Source: Candidatus Sericytochromatia bacterium (GTDB taxonomy: Bacteria; Cyanobacteriota; Sericytochromatia; S15B-MN24; JAQBPE01). From it: DNA of 64,000 bases. The position numbers and the translations under genes were made by a program. The notes under the pieces are model-generated. The model was given only the letters and a program-made list of their open reading frames with translations. It was not told the origin of the DNA and did not search any database. This document shows, in pieces, positions 8,138 through 18,118 of this stretch. Position 1 is the first letter of the stretch; each line of letters starts with the position of its first letter. The stretch is from NCBI GenBank assembly GCA_040400605.1, contig JBBAPZ010000007.1, positions 95,729 through 159,728 of the forward strand, in the 5' to 3' direction.

Positions 8138-11062
8138 ATGGAATCCAACACCGCGACCCCATCGCAAGTGACGCCTGATAACACCGCTGGAACTGTTACG
8201 ATTCATCGCCTTTGGTACTGGTTGACGGCCGCGTTCATGCTGCGGCTTTTGATACTGAATATGCCGTATATGTTTACGCTTGACGTGAACACATTCCGTT
8301 CGTGGGGTGAAACACTCTTCAAGGTTGATCCGACGCACTTTTACGACAACACCTGGAGTGATTATCCCCCGCTTTTCATGTACCTCCTGTGGTTGTGGAA
8401 CTGGGTCGCACACACCTTTACTAACCAGTCCATGATGAGCCCCCAGTGGATCAAGTTTCCATCGTGCGTCGTAGATATTGTCAACGCGTATTTAATCTTT
8501 ATCTTGCTGAAGGGTCGCGTGGCACTGCGGTCGGCCTACCGCAGTGCCATATTTTATGCATTCAACCCCGTGATCATATTTGTATCTGCTGTTTGGGGCC
8601 AAGTGGATGCGTTAACAACACTGATGGCCTTACTGGTGACGTTGGTCGTTCTGCAAAACCGCTTCTTCACCAGTGCTGTGGTAGCCAGTGCTGCCATACT
8701 GATCAAGCCTCAGGGTCTGTTTATGGTACCCGTTGCGTGGTTTGCGCTTTGGCACAAACAGTTCAACATACAGCCCGAAGCCATTATGCAAGGCATATTC
8801 AAGGGATTGGTCCGTAATGCCTTGGCGATCGCTATCGGCAGTCTCACCGCGTACCTGTTAATCGTTCCAGCGGTTTGGCACAAACTTGATAATGGTATCA
8901 CCCGGGTTGCGGGCCTGTTTGATTGCCCGAGGTGGCTTGCGGAACCGTATTTCTGGCTATACGGCCAGATGCTTAAAACGAGCGGTACGTATCCGTACAG
9001 TTCTGTCAACGCATTCAATTTGTGGATGCTTCCGCCGCCAAACGAGGCATGGCAGCCAGACAGCCGTATCTTGTTGGGGTTGACACATCAAACCTGGGGT
9101 TTCGTGCTGATTGGGCTCGTCATGGCGCTGGTTGGCATCCACCTTTACCGCCAAAGACACGCACCGCAGGGGTATCCACTGTTTCTCGCCGCTGCGGTGA
9201 TGCTGACAGGCTTCTACGTGGTGGCGACGCGAATGCACGAGCGTTACATTTTTCCGGCGATCGCCTTTTTGGCACTTGCCGCAGCCTGCAATCGACAGAT
9301 TGCGTGGATTTACTGGACGATCTCGACCACCTCGTTTCTCTCGATCGCTTACATTTTTTATTTTTACAACGACCAGTCAACCTGGGTTGAAGCGCTGAAA
9401 GGCCTAATGAACAACGGACAGATGGCCGGGAGTTTAAAACTGTCTGGCGCGGTCATGCTGTCGCTGGTAAACGTCTATGCTTTCTCTGAACTGCTTCTGT
9501 TCCTCTCTCCCAAGAGTGAAGTGTCCCAGGTTTTAAACGAATCAGCATTGGTGCGCCATTGGCGTACCCTTACCGCGACGGTCAAAGTGAGTCTGGTAGG
9601 AAAAATCGACTTCGTCATTGCAGGGGTGCTTGGCTGCATTTTCATCGCGGTCGCGTTGTACCGCCTAGGGATACCAAACGAGCAGATTTTTGACGAAGTT
9701 TATCACGCGCGAACCGCGATGGAGTACATCAAAGGGGTACCACCGTATGAGTGGACCCATCCCCCGCTGTCGAAACTGATCGCAGCGTTGGGGATTCTGG
9801 GACTTGGTGGTGGTTTTGACCTCGCAGCCAAAACGTGGACCGAACACGTGGCCTTTTCGTGGCGCTTTACCAGCGTGATCTTTGGTGGATTGAGCATTGT
9901 GGTTGTGTATGCGTTGACCAGGTCCATGTTTAAGAACACAGCCATTGCGACCTTGGCGGCAGGACTGCTGATGTTCGATGGCGTCTTTTTCGTTCAAAGT
10001 CGCGTCGCGATGACCAACGTCTACGAGGTCTTTTTCATCATGCTCAGCGCCTATGGCACCTGGCGTTATCTTGAAACCGATCGTTCGCGCTATTTGAGCA
10101 TCACAGCGCTGGCCATTGGCTGCGCACTGGCTTGTCGTTGGGCGAGCCTTTACGCTTGGGGATTGACTGGACTCCTGCTACTGTGGCACGCCTGGCGTGT
10201 CAAACTGCCCCAATGGTGCAGCCCTCCGAGCGATACTGAGTCCGGATGGCGCAACCTTGGGTCGATGTTCAACGCACTCGACAAGCAAAAAGCCCTGCAG
10301 TGGGTAGGTCTGATCGTCATCAGCATGTTTGTTGTACCAGCGGGCATTTACGGCCTGTCATACGTGCCCTACGTGCTGCAAGGCGATGGTACCGTCACAG
10401 ACAAGTTGTTAAGCTGGAACTGGCAACAACGTGGTTGGGGACGCGTTTTGTTCTGGCAGACTGAAATGTGGAATTACCATGCCCATTTGCAGGCGACTCA
10501 TCCTTACAACTCACCTTGGTTTACCTGGCCGCTCATGTTCAGACCGACTTGGTATTATTTTCATGATTTCAAGGGCGAAGGCGGCTTGCAAGGCATCGCC
10601 GGGGTCTGGGCGATCGGTAATGCAGCTATTTGGTGGGCATCCATTCCGGCGTTGGCGTATGCAGGCTACCTGGCGTGGAGAGACCGTCTCAAAAATCTGG
10701 GAATGGTGGCCGTGCTTGGCTTGGGCCTGTGGTTGATGTGGGGCGTTCAGCCGCGTCCATTACTCTATATGCATTATATGTTGGAAACCATTCCCTTCGC
10801 GTGCATCGCAATTGCCTACATTGCCTATATCTGTTGGTACGGTGACAGCTGCGTTTCCCAGTCGAAAGCCCCGGACACTGTCGCGCCTGGTGGCCCGTTG
10901 ACCCGTTGGATGTACACCTGTGGCGCGCGTCGGGTCTTCGTCATCATTTACGGTGTTGCCGTCGTGCTATGGTTCGTTTTTTATTATCCATTGCTCAGTG
11001 CGTGGTGCATCAGTTGGAAATACTACAATTGGCACGTCTGGTTCGGTCGAGCGTGGATCTAG
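8138..11062 (+). CDS. Fused tandem GT-C glycosyltransferase: N-terminal Gpi18/GT87-like domain and C-terminal PMT (GT39) protein O-mannosyltransferase-like domain
   Basis: N-half DYPP, WGQVD, KPQG, RMHERY; C-half FDEVYH, HPPLSK, HPYNSPWFTWP, GNAAIWW. Confidence 0.85.
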   Translation: MESNTATPSQVTPDNTAGTVTIHRLWYWLTAAFMLRLLILNMPYMFTLDVNTFRSWGETLFKVDPTHFYDNTWSDYPPLFMYLLWLWNWVAHTFTNQSMMSPQWIKFPSCVVDIVNAYLIFILLKGRVALRSAYRSAIFYAFNPVIIFVSAVWGQVDALTTLMALLVTLVVLQNRFFTSAVVASAAILIKPQGLFMVPVAWFALWHKQFNIQPEAIMQGIFKGLVRNALAIAIGSLTAYLLIVPAVWHKLDNGITRVAGLFDCPRWLAEPYFWLYGQMLKTSGTYPYSSVNAFNLWMLPPPNEAWQPDSRILLGLTHQTWGFVLIGLVMALVGIHLYRQRHAPQGYPLFLAAAVMLTGFYVVATRMHERYIFPAIAFLALAAACNRQIAWIYWTISTTSFLSIAYIFYFYNDQSTWVEALKGLMNNGQMAGSLKLSGAVMLSLVNVYAFSELLLFLSPKSEVSQVLNESALVRHWRTLTATVKVSLVGKIDFVIAGVLGCIFIAVALYRLGIPNEQIFDEVYHARTAMEYIKGVPPYEWTHPPLSKLIAALGILGLGGGFDLAAKTWTEHVAFSWRFTSVIFGGLSIVVVYALTRSMFKNTAIATLAAGLLMFDGVFFVQSRVAMTNVYEVFFIMLSAYGTWRYLETDRSRYLSITALAIGCALACRWASLYAWGLTGLLLLWHAWRVKLPQWCSPPSDTESGWRNLGSMFNALDKQKALQWVGLIVISMFVVPAGIYGLSYVPYVLQGDGTVTDKLLSWNWQQRGWGRVLFWQTEMWNYHAHLQATHPYNSPWFTWPLMFRPTWYYFHDFKGEGGLQGIAGVWAIGNAAIWWASIPALAYAGYLAWRDRLKNLGMVAVLGLGLWLMWGVQPRPLLYMHYMLETIPFACIAIAYIAYICWYGDSCVSQSKAPDTVAPGGPLTRWMYTCGARRVFVIIYGVAVVLWFVFYYPLLSAWCISWKYYNWHVWFGRAWI

Positions 11063-11311
11063 CGCGACCAAAGGCGCAAACATTCTATTACCCTGATGGG
11101 TTGTCCGTTCAAAATAGTGCCAAGCGAATTTGACGAGACAACCATCGACTTCCGAAGTATTGCCAGACGATACGGTTGTGGCGTTAATCCATTCATTTGG
11201 GTTGATGATCACAGAATTCCATCACTGACCAACGAAAACTCCGAAGCTTTCCTGGGTATGCATATATGTGAGCGGCATAGAGAATTCGGTACGCGTAGGA
11301 GACCAAATACA

Positions 11312-12820
11312 ATGAGCATCATCTCAAAAAGAAGTTACCGACTCGCAGCCTTGTTTCTGGTCGCAGCGTGTGCGAGTGGATGCCCTAATAACACGACTCC
11401 GACCGCGCCAAAGACCACCAAAGCGCCTGGGCAGTCCCCTAAACCGAGCCCAAACGCGTCAGCCACCTCAATAGCATCAACTGTACCCAGCACCTCTCCG
11501 CTCACATCACCACTTGTATCCCAACCGCCTGGTTCACCGAATGCGTCGGCGTCACCATCTCCAAATACCAGCACGTCACCCAGCGTTTTGCCGTCGGCCT
11601 CCGTCAGCCAAGCACCAGGGGCAAGCCCATCCGCGTCATCCTCCACGGCACCAAGTGCAAGCCCATCGACAGCACCGTCGACCCAACCCAGCCCAAGCGC
11701 CTCCGCAGCTCCCAGCACCAGTCCTTCCGTGGCACCCTCTCCCCAACAACCAAGTACGAGTCCTTCACCAGCAGTATCCAGTGCTCCAAGCGCGATTCCG
11801 TCGGCAGCGCCATCCGTGGCACCCAGTATTGCTCCCTCCCCCACACCGGGCCCATCGACGACACCAATACCTGGCGTCGCCAATACAGGCACAGTGTCAG
11901 CCTTCGCTGGCCGTGACGCCGGGTTTTTGGATGAAACCGGCTTGGATGCACAATTCTCGCTGCCAATCGGGTTGGCGATTGATGCTGCTGGCAATCTCTA
12001 CGTGGCGGATAGTGGCAACCACGCCATTCGGAAAATTACGCCCGCAGGCGTGGTCAGCACGTTGGCAGGGGGATCGCGCGGTTTCGTTAATGGCACTGGC
12101 AACCAAGCCAGATTCGACGCGCCAAACGGTATCGCCATTGATTCCACGGGCAATCTGTATGTCGCTGATTCAGGCAATCACGCGATTCGCAAGGTGACGC
12201 CGGCCGGGGTAGTGAGTACATTTTCAGGTAACACCGCAGGCAATTCAGGCACAAGCCTCGGACAATACAACAGTCCAGACAGCATTGTCATCGATGGCAG
12301 CAACAACCTTTATGTCACCGATACGAACAATCGCCGCATCGTGAAGCTCAGCAACACCGGCACTGCCACCTTGTTCGCCGGCAGTGGCACGTTGGGCCAA
12401 GACGACGGGACAGGCGCAGCCGCAAGTTTCTTCAGTCCAAAGAGTATTACCCGCGACGGGACGGGTACGATGTGGGTAGCAGACTCCTTTGTAATCCGTA
12501 AAATCTCGTCAGCCGGTGCGGTCACAACACCCAACCTGACGGGCGCCAATTTCACCACGCCAATTCTGGCAGGTGGAAGTGCGGGTGGAAGCGAGTTCAT
12601 CTATGCTGCAGATGCGGGAAAACATACGGTTTATCGGGTCGATATCACGGCAACGGGGTTGGAGGCCACGGCAATCGCAGGTGGTGTCAACCTGACCGGA
12701 ACGGCAAACGGCACAGGAACGAACGCGCGCTTCAATCAACCGGAAGGATTAGTCTTGACGCCGTCGGGCAAGTTGTATATCTCAGATACTGCAAACCACC
12801 GTATCCGACAGATACAGTAA
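11312..12820 (+). CDS. Lipoprotein with Ser/Pro/Thr-rich stalk and NHL-repeat beta-propeller
   Basis: AGGAG RBS, signal peptide ending ASGC, about 160-aa SPSA-rich tract, repeats P.G.AID..GNLYVADSGNHAIRK. Confidence 0.85.
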   Translation: MSIISKRSYRLAALFLVAACASGCPNNTTPTAPKTTKAPGQSPKPSPNASATSIASTVPSTSPLTSPLVSQPPGSPNASASPSPNTSTSPSVLPSASVSQAPGASPSASSSTAPSASPSTAPSTQPSPSASAAPSTSPSVAPSPQQPSTSPSPAVSSAPSAIPSAAPSVAPSIAPSPTPGPSTTPIPGVANTGTVSAFAGRDAGFLDETGLDAQFSLPIGLAIDAAGNLYVADSGNHAIRKITPAGVVSTLAGGSRGFVNGTGNQARFDAPNGIAIDSTGNLYVADSGNHAIRKVTPAGVVSTFSGNTAGNSGTSLGQYNSPDSIVIDGSNNLYVTDTNNRRIVKLSNTGTATLFAGSGTLGQDDGTGAAASFFSPKSITRDGTGTMWVADSFVIRKISSAGAVTTPNLTGANFTTPILAGGSAGGSEFIYAADAGKHTVYRVDITATGLEATAIAGGVNLTGTANGTGTNARFNQPEGLVLTPSGKLYISDTANHRIRQIQ

Positions 12821-12843
12821 AGCCATTATTGAATAAGTGATGG

Positions 12844-13938
12844 TTGAACGATGATGCGTCGATGAATTCCGAGTCATTGCTCCTGCATCAAAAAGGAGCT
12901 GGTTTACAGAAGTCGGGTGATCTCCCAGCAGCCCGCGACGCTTACATCGCGGCGCTGGCTCTAGATCCCAGACTTGAGCTCACGCGCGCAAACCTGGCAG
13001 GTATCTGTTACCAGTTGGGTGAAATCGATCATGCCATCACGAATTATCAACTGTTGCTTGAAGCGCATCCGTTGAATATCAAGGCCCGCTTCAACCTTGC
13101 GATGGTCTATGCCGCCATTGGTCGTTACGAACAGGCTGGGCAAGCCTTTCGTGGGGTCTTGCAGCTCGCACCCGATCACGCCTTGGCCCTGACCAATCTC
13201 GCACGAATTCTTATCCAACAATCGCGCCACGGTGAAGCGATTGCCGCCTTGGAGCAACTGTTGCGCATTAACCCTCAAGACCCTGGTATTTACTATCAAC
13301 TGGGAAGGTTACAACTGACGATCGGTGATGCAACTACTGCCGAAAAGACCTGGCTGCTCGGCATGTCCATTCAGGACGATTACCAGCCCATTCTTCTCGC
13401 ATTGGCAAATCTCGGCAATCAACGCAGCCAGTGGCATCTCTGCCAGCAGTACGCCCAAAAAGTATTGCGCGCGCACCCCGATCACGCACAAGCCCTGTTA
13501 TTATGCGCTGAATCCCATACACGGCTGCTGGAGCACAATCAAGCCCGCATTATCCTTCAACAGTTGCTCCACTATTACCCAGAGCAGGTTGAAGGGCTGT
13601 TTCAACTCGGCGTTCTCCAACACACATCGGGAGACCTGAATAACGCAAAAAAACTGTTAATCTCCGCACTGACAATTAATGAACAGCACGCCGGGTGTCA
13701 TAACGAACTGGGAACGATTTTCTATCGCGAAGGTAATTGGTCACTGGCGCTTCATCATTATCGCGAAGCAGTCAGCATCAATCCAGAAAATCCAATCATC
13801 CAGGCAAATATCGGCTTCACGCATCTGGCTCTCGGCGAGCGTGAAGCGGCCGCACAGTCCTTCGAAACTTATTTAAACAAACCGGATGTATCCGATGCTA
13901 TCACACACTCCGTTCAGTGTGCCCTTTCTCTTTTATAA
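12844..13938 (+). CDS. Tetratricopeptide repeat protein
   Basis: About 10 TPR-like units (NLA/NLG...A...P). Confidence 0.85.
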   Translation: MNDDASMNSESLLLHQKGAGLQKSGDLPAARDAYIAALALDPRLELTRANLAGICYQLGEIDHAITNYQLLLEAHPLNIKARFNLAMVYAAIGRYEQAGQAFRGVLQLAPDHALALTNLARILIQQSRHGEAIAALEQLLRINPQDPGIYYQLGRLQLTIGDATTAEKTWLLGMSIQDDYQPILLALANLGNQRSQWHLCQQYAQKVLRAHPDHAQALLLCAESHTRLLEHNQARIILQQLLHYYPEQVEGLFQLGVLQHTSGDLNNAKKLLISALTINEQHAGCHNELGTIFYREGNWSLALHHYREAVSINPENPIIQANIGFTHLALGEREAAAQSFETYLNKPDVSDAITHSVQCALSLL

Positions 13939-13943
13939 CAAAA

Positions 13944-13965
13944 CTGCTCCGCAAAAGCGGAGCAG
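13944..13965 (-). terminator. Intrinsic terminator after rplL, possibly bidirectional
   Basis: CTGCTCCGC-AAAA-GCGGAGCAG hairpin followed by TTTTG on the minus strand. Confidence 0.7.
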
Positions 13966-14007
13966 CCAGCTAAATTAAAAAACACACCGCTCGAACCGAG
14001 CGACCGA

Positions 14008-14388
14008 TTACTTGATCGAAACCTTGGCGCCTTCGGCTTCCAGCTTTTCCTTAATCGCTTGTGCTTCTTCCTTCTTGATCTTTTCTTTAACCGGCTTGGG
14101 TGCATTGTCCACCAAGTCTTTGGCTTCTTTCAAACCAAGACCGGTCGCTTCGCGAACAACCTTCAGAACCTGAATCTTCTTCTCACCTGCTGACTCGAGG
14201 ATGACATCAAACTCAGTCTGCTCTTCAACAGCAGGGGCAGCGGCTGCAGCAGGAGCAGCAGCAAAGGCCATTGGAGCCGCAGCGGAAACACCGAACTTCT
14301 CTTCCAGAGCCTTGACTAGTTCAGACAGCTCCAAAACGGTCATCGACTCGATCGCACCGATCAATTCACCTTGAGACAAAGATGACAT
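14008..14388 (-). CDS. rplL: 50S ribosomal protein L7/L12
   Basis: [30 protein letters not shown]. Confidence 0.97.
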   Translation of the reverse strand: MSSLSQGELIGAIESMTVLELSELVKALEEKFGVSAAAPMAFAAAPAAAAAPAVEEQTEFDVILESAGEKKIQVLKVVREATGLGLKEAKDLVDNAPKPVKEKIKKEEAQAIKEKLEAEGAKVSIK

Positions 14389-14450
14389 TATACTTCTCCT
14401 TGTAAAATACCAGGGATACAACCCCTGCAACAAACCCTACACTAACCGGT

Positions 14451-14990
14451 TCAGGCGGACTGCTCTTCTTTCTGTTTACGGATCGCATCAAGCGCATACA
14501 CCAAACTGCGATTCGTACCCGAAAGCACGGTGACCAGACCACGAACAGGCCCATTGAGCACACCCAAAAGCTGTGCCACCAAGACCTCGCGACTTGGCAG
14601 CTCGGCCAAACCTTCGACACCCTTCGCAGAGATCGCCTTCCCCTGCAACACACCCCCACGAACAGTCACCTTGACTGCCCGTTTCTCCTTGGCGAAGTCG
14701 TTCAGCGCCTTGGCAGGTCCGACGACATCATCGAACCCGAACACGATCGCTGTCGGTCCCGCCAAAAGTGTTTCAAGCGACGACCAGGATTCATGACCAG
14801 ACGTAGCGACTTTGACCAATGTGTTCTTCGACACAACCACGTCACCACCAGCTTTCTGCACGCGACGACGAAGATCTGTCAGCTGAGCAACCGTTAACCC
14901 ACGATAATCAGCAATAATCGCAATCTGCGCCCTTTCAAAATTCGAACGCAAGGCATCGACTGAACTCCCTTTTTGTTGTTTAGTTGGCAT
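14451..14990 (-). CDS. rplJ: 50S ribosomal protein L10
   Basis: DYRGLTV, KNTL, LPSREVL; position in operon. Confidence 0.95.
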   Translation of the reverse strand: MPTKQQKGSSVDALRSNFERAQIAIIADYRGLTVAQLTDLRRRVQKAGGDVVVSKNTLVKVATSGHESWSSLETLLAGPTAIVFGFDDVVGPAKALNDFAKEKRAVKVTVRGGVLQGKAISAKGVEGLAELPSREVLVAQLLGVLNGPVRGLVTVLSGTNRSLVYALDAIRKQKEEQSA

Positions 14991-15019
14991 GTTTATCACC
15001 TCCTCATACTAAAATGAAC

Positions 15020-15140
15020 GGGGCCCTCGCGAGACTGCAAGGGCCCAATCAAACTGCCTATTCAGACAGCCAATGAGACTTACAACCTCGGCAGGCGGGG
15101 TCACCCCCATTACCTTAAAAGACCTGCTATCTTCAGTTGA
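15020..15140 (-). promoter_or_regulatory. L10 leader autoregulatory RNA
   Basis: Minus strand reads GAAGATAGCAGG...TTAA...CCTGCCGAGG, then a GGGCCC..GGGCCC hairpin, directly upstream of rplJ. Confidence 0.8.
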
Positions 15141-15145
15141 ACCAA

Positions 15146-15859
15146 TTACTTGTTCACACCAGTTAACTCAGGAAGTCGCGCCAAATCTAACCGAACGCCA
15201 GGCCCCATCGTCGACGAAACGAAAACGCTCTTGATGTACGTACCTTTGGCCGCAGCCGGCTTTACCTTGTTAAGGGCATCATACAAAGCCGCCAAATTGG
15301 TGTGCAACCGCTCGGCATCAAAGGAAGCCCTGCCAACAGGTACGTGAACAATACCCTGCTTGTCAGCGCGAAACTCAACCTTACCAGCCTTGAACTCCTT
15401 GACAGCTTTACCGATTTCGGTCGTTACAGTGCCAGCCTTGGGCGACGGCATCAAACCCCGCGGGCCAAGAACCTTACCCAACTTGCCCAAAGCACCCATG
15501 ATATCCGGTGACGCTATCAACAGATCGAAATCCATCCAGCCGCTTTCGATTTTTTGAATAAGTTCTTCAGAACCGACGACATCCGCGCCGGCAGCCTCGG
15601 CTTCCTTCACCCGTTCACCCTTTGTGATAACCGCCACCCGAACATCCTTGCCCGTGCCGGCCGGCAACACAACAGTGGACCGAACTTGTTGATCCGCATG
15701 CCGAGTATTGATACCCAATCGGAAATGAGCCTCAATCGTCTCATCAAATTTGGCCGTTGCCGCCTTCCGCGACAACTCCAAAGCCTCGCCAGGACCATAA
15801 CTCTTGGCGCGATCAACCAACTCAACCGCAGCTTTCTGCCTTTTTGAAAGCTTAGCCAT
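15146..15859 (-). CDS. rplA: 50S ribosomal protein L1
   Basis: [21 protein letters not shown]. Confidence 0.97.
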   Translation of the reverse strand: MAKLSKRQKAAVELVDRAKSYGPGEALELSRKAATAKFDETIEAHFRLGINTRHADQQVRSTVVLPAGTGKDVRVAVITKGERVKEAEAAGADVVGSEELIQKIESGWMDFDLLIASPDIMGALGKLGKVLGPRGLMPSPKAGTVTTEIGKAVKEFKAGKVEFRADKQGIVHVPVGRASFDAERLHTNLAALYDALNKVKPAAAKGTYIKSVFVSSTMGPGVRLDLARLPELTGVNK

Positions 15860-15870
15860 AAATACCTCCC

Positions 15871-15899
15871 CGCGGTGCAAACGGCAAAAGCCTCCCGCA
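15871..15899 (-). promoter_or_regulatory. Putative L1-binding mRNA site upstream of rplA
   Basis: Minus strand GCGGGAGGC-TTTT-GCC...ACCGC, a stem with the GGAG internal loop, adjacent to the RBS. Confidence 0.6.
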
Positions 15900-15926
15900 A
15901 TCGTCAAGTGTTAACGCAAAACCTAC

Positions 15927-16352
15927 TCAAGATTCAATCAAAACGCCCATGCTGCGAGCAGTTCCGCGAATCATTTGCTCTGCCGCTTCCAAACTCGTGG
16001 CATTCAAATCTGGCATCTTGAGTGTCGCAATCTCAGTGACCTGCGCTTTCGACAAAGTACCAACCTTATTCTTATTTGGAACGCCCGACCCCTTATCGAT
16101 ACCAAGTGCTTTCGTGATCAACACCGCAGCAGGCGGCGTCTTCAGAACAAACGTGAAGGAGCGATCCTCATAAACCGTAATTTCGACCGGAATGACCGTG
16201 CCGACTTTGTCAGCTGTCTGCGCATTGTAGGCTTTGCAAAACTCCATAATGTTAACACCATGCTGACCCAAAGCCGGGCCAACAGGTGGCGCCGGATTTG
16301 CCTTGCCAGCCGGCAATTGTAACTTGATAAAGCCTGTCGCTTTCTTAGCCAT
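15927..16352 (-). CDS. rplK: 50S ribosomal protein L11
   Basis: [26 protein letters not shown]. Confidence 0.98.
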   Translation of the reverse strand: MAKKATGFIKLQLPAGKANPAPPVGPALGQHGVNIMEFCKAYNAQTADKVGTVIPVEITVYEDRSFTFVLKTPPAAVLITKALGIDKGSGVPNKNKVGTLSKAQVTEIATLKMPDLNATSLEAAEQMIRGTARSMGVLIES

Positions 16353-16366
16353 TTCTCATCCCCTTT

Positions 16367-16888
16367 TTAAACCTTTGCCACTTGAGCGAACTCAAGCTCA
16401 ACAGGAGTTGCTCGACCAAAAATCGAAACCGAGACCTTGAGCTTGCCGCGCTCTGGATTGACTTCGATAATCTCCCCGCTGAAATCCGCGAAAGGCCCAG
16501 ATATCACTTTCACATGTTCCCCGATGTGCAAATCGATCTGAACCTTCTGCTTACTGGCGGCCCGCCTGAATATCTTTCGCACCTCACGCTCGAGCAAAGG
16601 AGTCGGCTTGGTCGCAGAACCGACGAAGGAGGTCACACCTGGCGTGCTGCGCACGACGTGCCAAGACTCCTCATCTAAATCCATCTCAACCAGAACGTAG
16701 CCTGGAAAAACCTTGCGAGGTTTCTCAACACGCTTGCCATCCTTTATCTCAACGACGGTCTCTTCGGGAACCTCTACGTGAAAGACCCGATCAGACATAT
16801 TCATCGACTCAATACGACGCAACAGGTTATTCTTAACCTTGTCTTCGTATCCAGAATACGTGTTGATCACATACCACTTCTTAGCCAT
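16367..16888 (-). CDS. nusG: Transcription factor NusG
   Basis: [21 protein letters not shown] motif [16 protein letters not shown]. Confidence 0.97.
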   Translation of the reverse strand: MAKKWYVINTYSGYEDKVKNNLLRRIESMNMSDRVFHVEVPEETVVEIKDGKRVEKPRKVFPGYVLVEMDLDEESWHVVRSTPGVTSFVGSATKPTPLLEREVRKIFRRAASKQKVQIDLHIGEHVKVISGPFADFSGEIIEVNPERGKLKVSVSIFGRATPVELEFAQVAKV

Positions 16889-16947
16889 GTCACCCTCGCA
16901 GGACTTAAGCCCGCTCCAAACCCAACAAAATCAAGTCAACAGAACCG

Positions 16948-17250
16948 TTAACCACCAAACAGAACCCGATTGAACACCAACGCAAAAAAACGATCCAATC
17001 CTGTTATCAAGGCGGTAAAGAAAAAGACGACTACCAGAACAACAAAAGTTTCAATCACAACCATCTTGCGCGTCGGCCAAGTTACCTTGGACAACTCATC
17101 TCGAACCCCGCTTAAAAAACCTACGTACTTCGAAAAGAATCCAGGCCCAATGCCTGCGCCACCTAACTGGAGCGACCGTTCACGCGCATGATCATCGTCG
17201 ACTGGGGCATCAGAGCCACTGGCTGGCGTTGAGTCATCTAATTGCTTCAC
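16948..17250 (-). CDS. secE: Preprotein translocase SecE
   Basis: ELSKVTWPT followed by one TM helix; probable GTG start just after the rpmG stop. Confidence 0.9.
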   Translation of the reverse strand: MKQLDDSTPASGSDAPVDDDHARERSLQLGGAGIGPGFFSKYVGFLSGVRDELSKVTWPTRKMVVIETFVVLVVVFFFTALITGLDRFFALVFNRVLFGG

Positions 17251-17255
17251 GGCCT

Positions 17256-17405
17256 TTACTTGGTTTCCTTGTGCGAATGGTAACCTCGACACGTGCGACA
17301 AAACTTGTTTAACTCTAAACGATCTGGATGTGTCTTCTTGTTTTTGGTCGTGACATAGTTGCGCCGCTTGCACTCACCACAGGCGAGCGTGATGATGATC
17401 CGCAT
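17256..17405 (-). CDS. rpmG: 50S ribosomal protein L33 (Zn-ribbon type)
   Basis: [13 protein letters not shown]...KFCRTC...HKETK. Confidence 0.95.
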   Translation of the reverse strand: MRIIITLACGECKRRNYVTTKNKKTHPDRLELNKFCRTCRGYHSHKETK

Positions 17406-17585
17406 AAAAAATCCTTTCCCGAACGCACAAGCACTGCAACAAACGCAACCAAATTGTGCGCGCATCACAGAACGGCGTTCCCGTAAGCTGCATACCATAG
17501 CAATCGTCTAATGCCGCGTCTAAACGGCCTTAACAAGGTTATCATAATCAATAGATGGTGTCAATATAATGCTTAATCTGGAAAC

Positions 17586-17600
17586 TTAATTCAAGCTTAA
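17586..17600. promoter_or_regulatory. TTAA-N7-TTAA box
   Basis: TTAATTCAAGCTTAA; the same spacing recurs in four other intergenic regions. Confidence 0.5.
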
Positions 17601-18069
17601 TACTTGCGCAAGATCAGAGGGGCATGCCTCGGACGGGCCAACAATCCAAGAAGTCAAAGCTACAGCGGAGTTACCGATTTCGCCGAAGCAGACCCACTTT
17701 GATTGCTGGCAACAAAACCCGTGACACTGAACGTTTGCTGCCTTGCCGCGGCAGAGCCAGGAAAGCCATACCCCGCATATGTGCACCAGTCAGACGGGTG
17801 GCAACGGCCGCAGGCAAGGACGCCCGCACCGTTCGTGAAAACACTCCAACATTCTCGGTACGTCAAGCACGCTGAAATAACTGAGAAAAACGGATGAGAA
17901 CCCTCCCGGTCTCACGCGTGACCCCGGTTACGCTCCGAACACCTTGACGCAGGGAACCCCAACACGCAAAACAACCAACAGAAGAAAGCATCTGGATAGT
18001 CCCGAATTCCTGATCCACGCTACGAAATCAAGTCAAAGACCGCACGCCTCCAAACTTAACCTCCAAGAA

Positions 18070-18101
18070 GCAGGCGCCGACCCTTTGGGGCCGGCGCCTG
18101 C
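18070..18101 (-). terminator. Hairpin/terminator after atpC
   Basis: GCAGGCGCCG...CGGCGCCTGC stem followed by TTCTT on the minus strand. Confidence 0.65.
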
Positions 18102-18118
18102 GAGCAAAAGCAGACTTC

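Noticed and set aside
17606..17678. Possible c-di-GMP-I riboswitch (ends CAGCGGAGTTACCGA)
   Set aside because: Lacks the GNRA tetraloop P2 stem and the GACGCAAA junction
17878..17960. Possible TPP riboswitch (CTGAGA...GCAGGGAA)
   Set aside because: ACCTGATC and TAATGC core missing; no downstream sense gene
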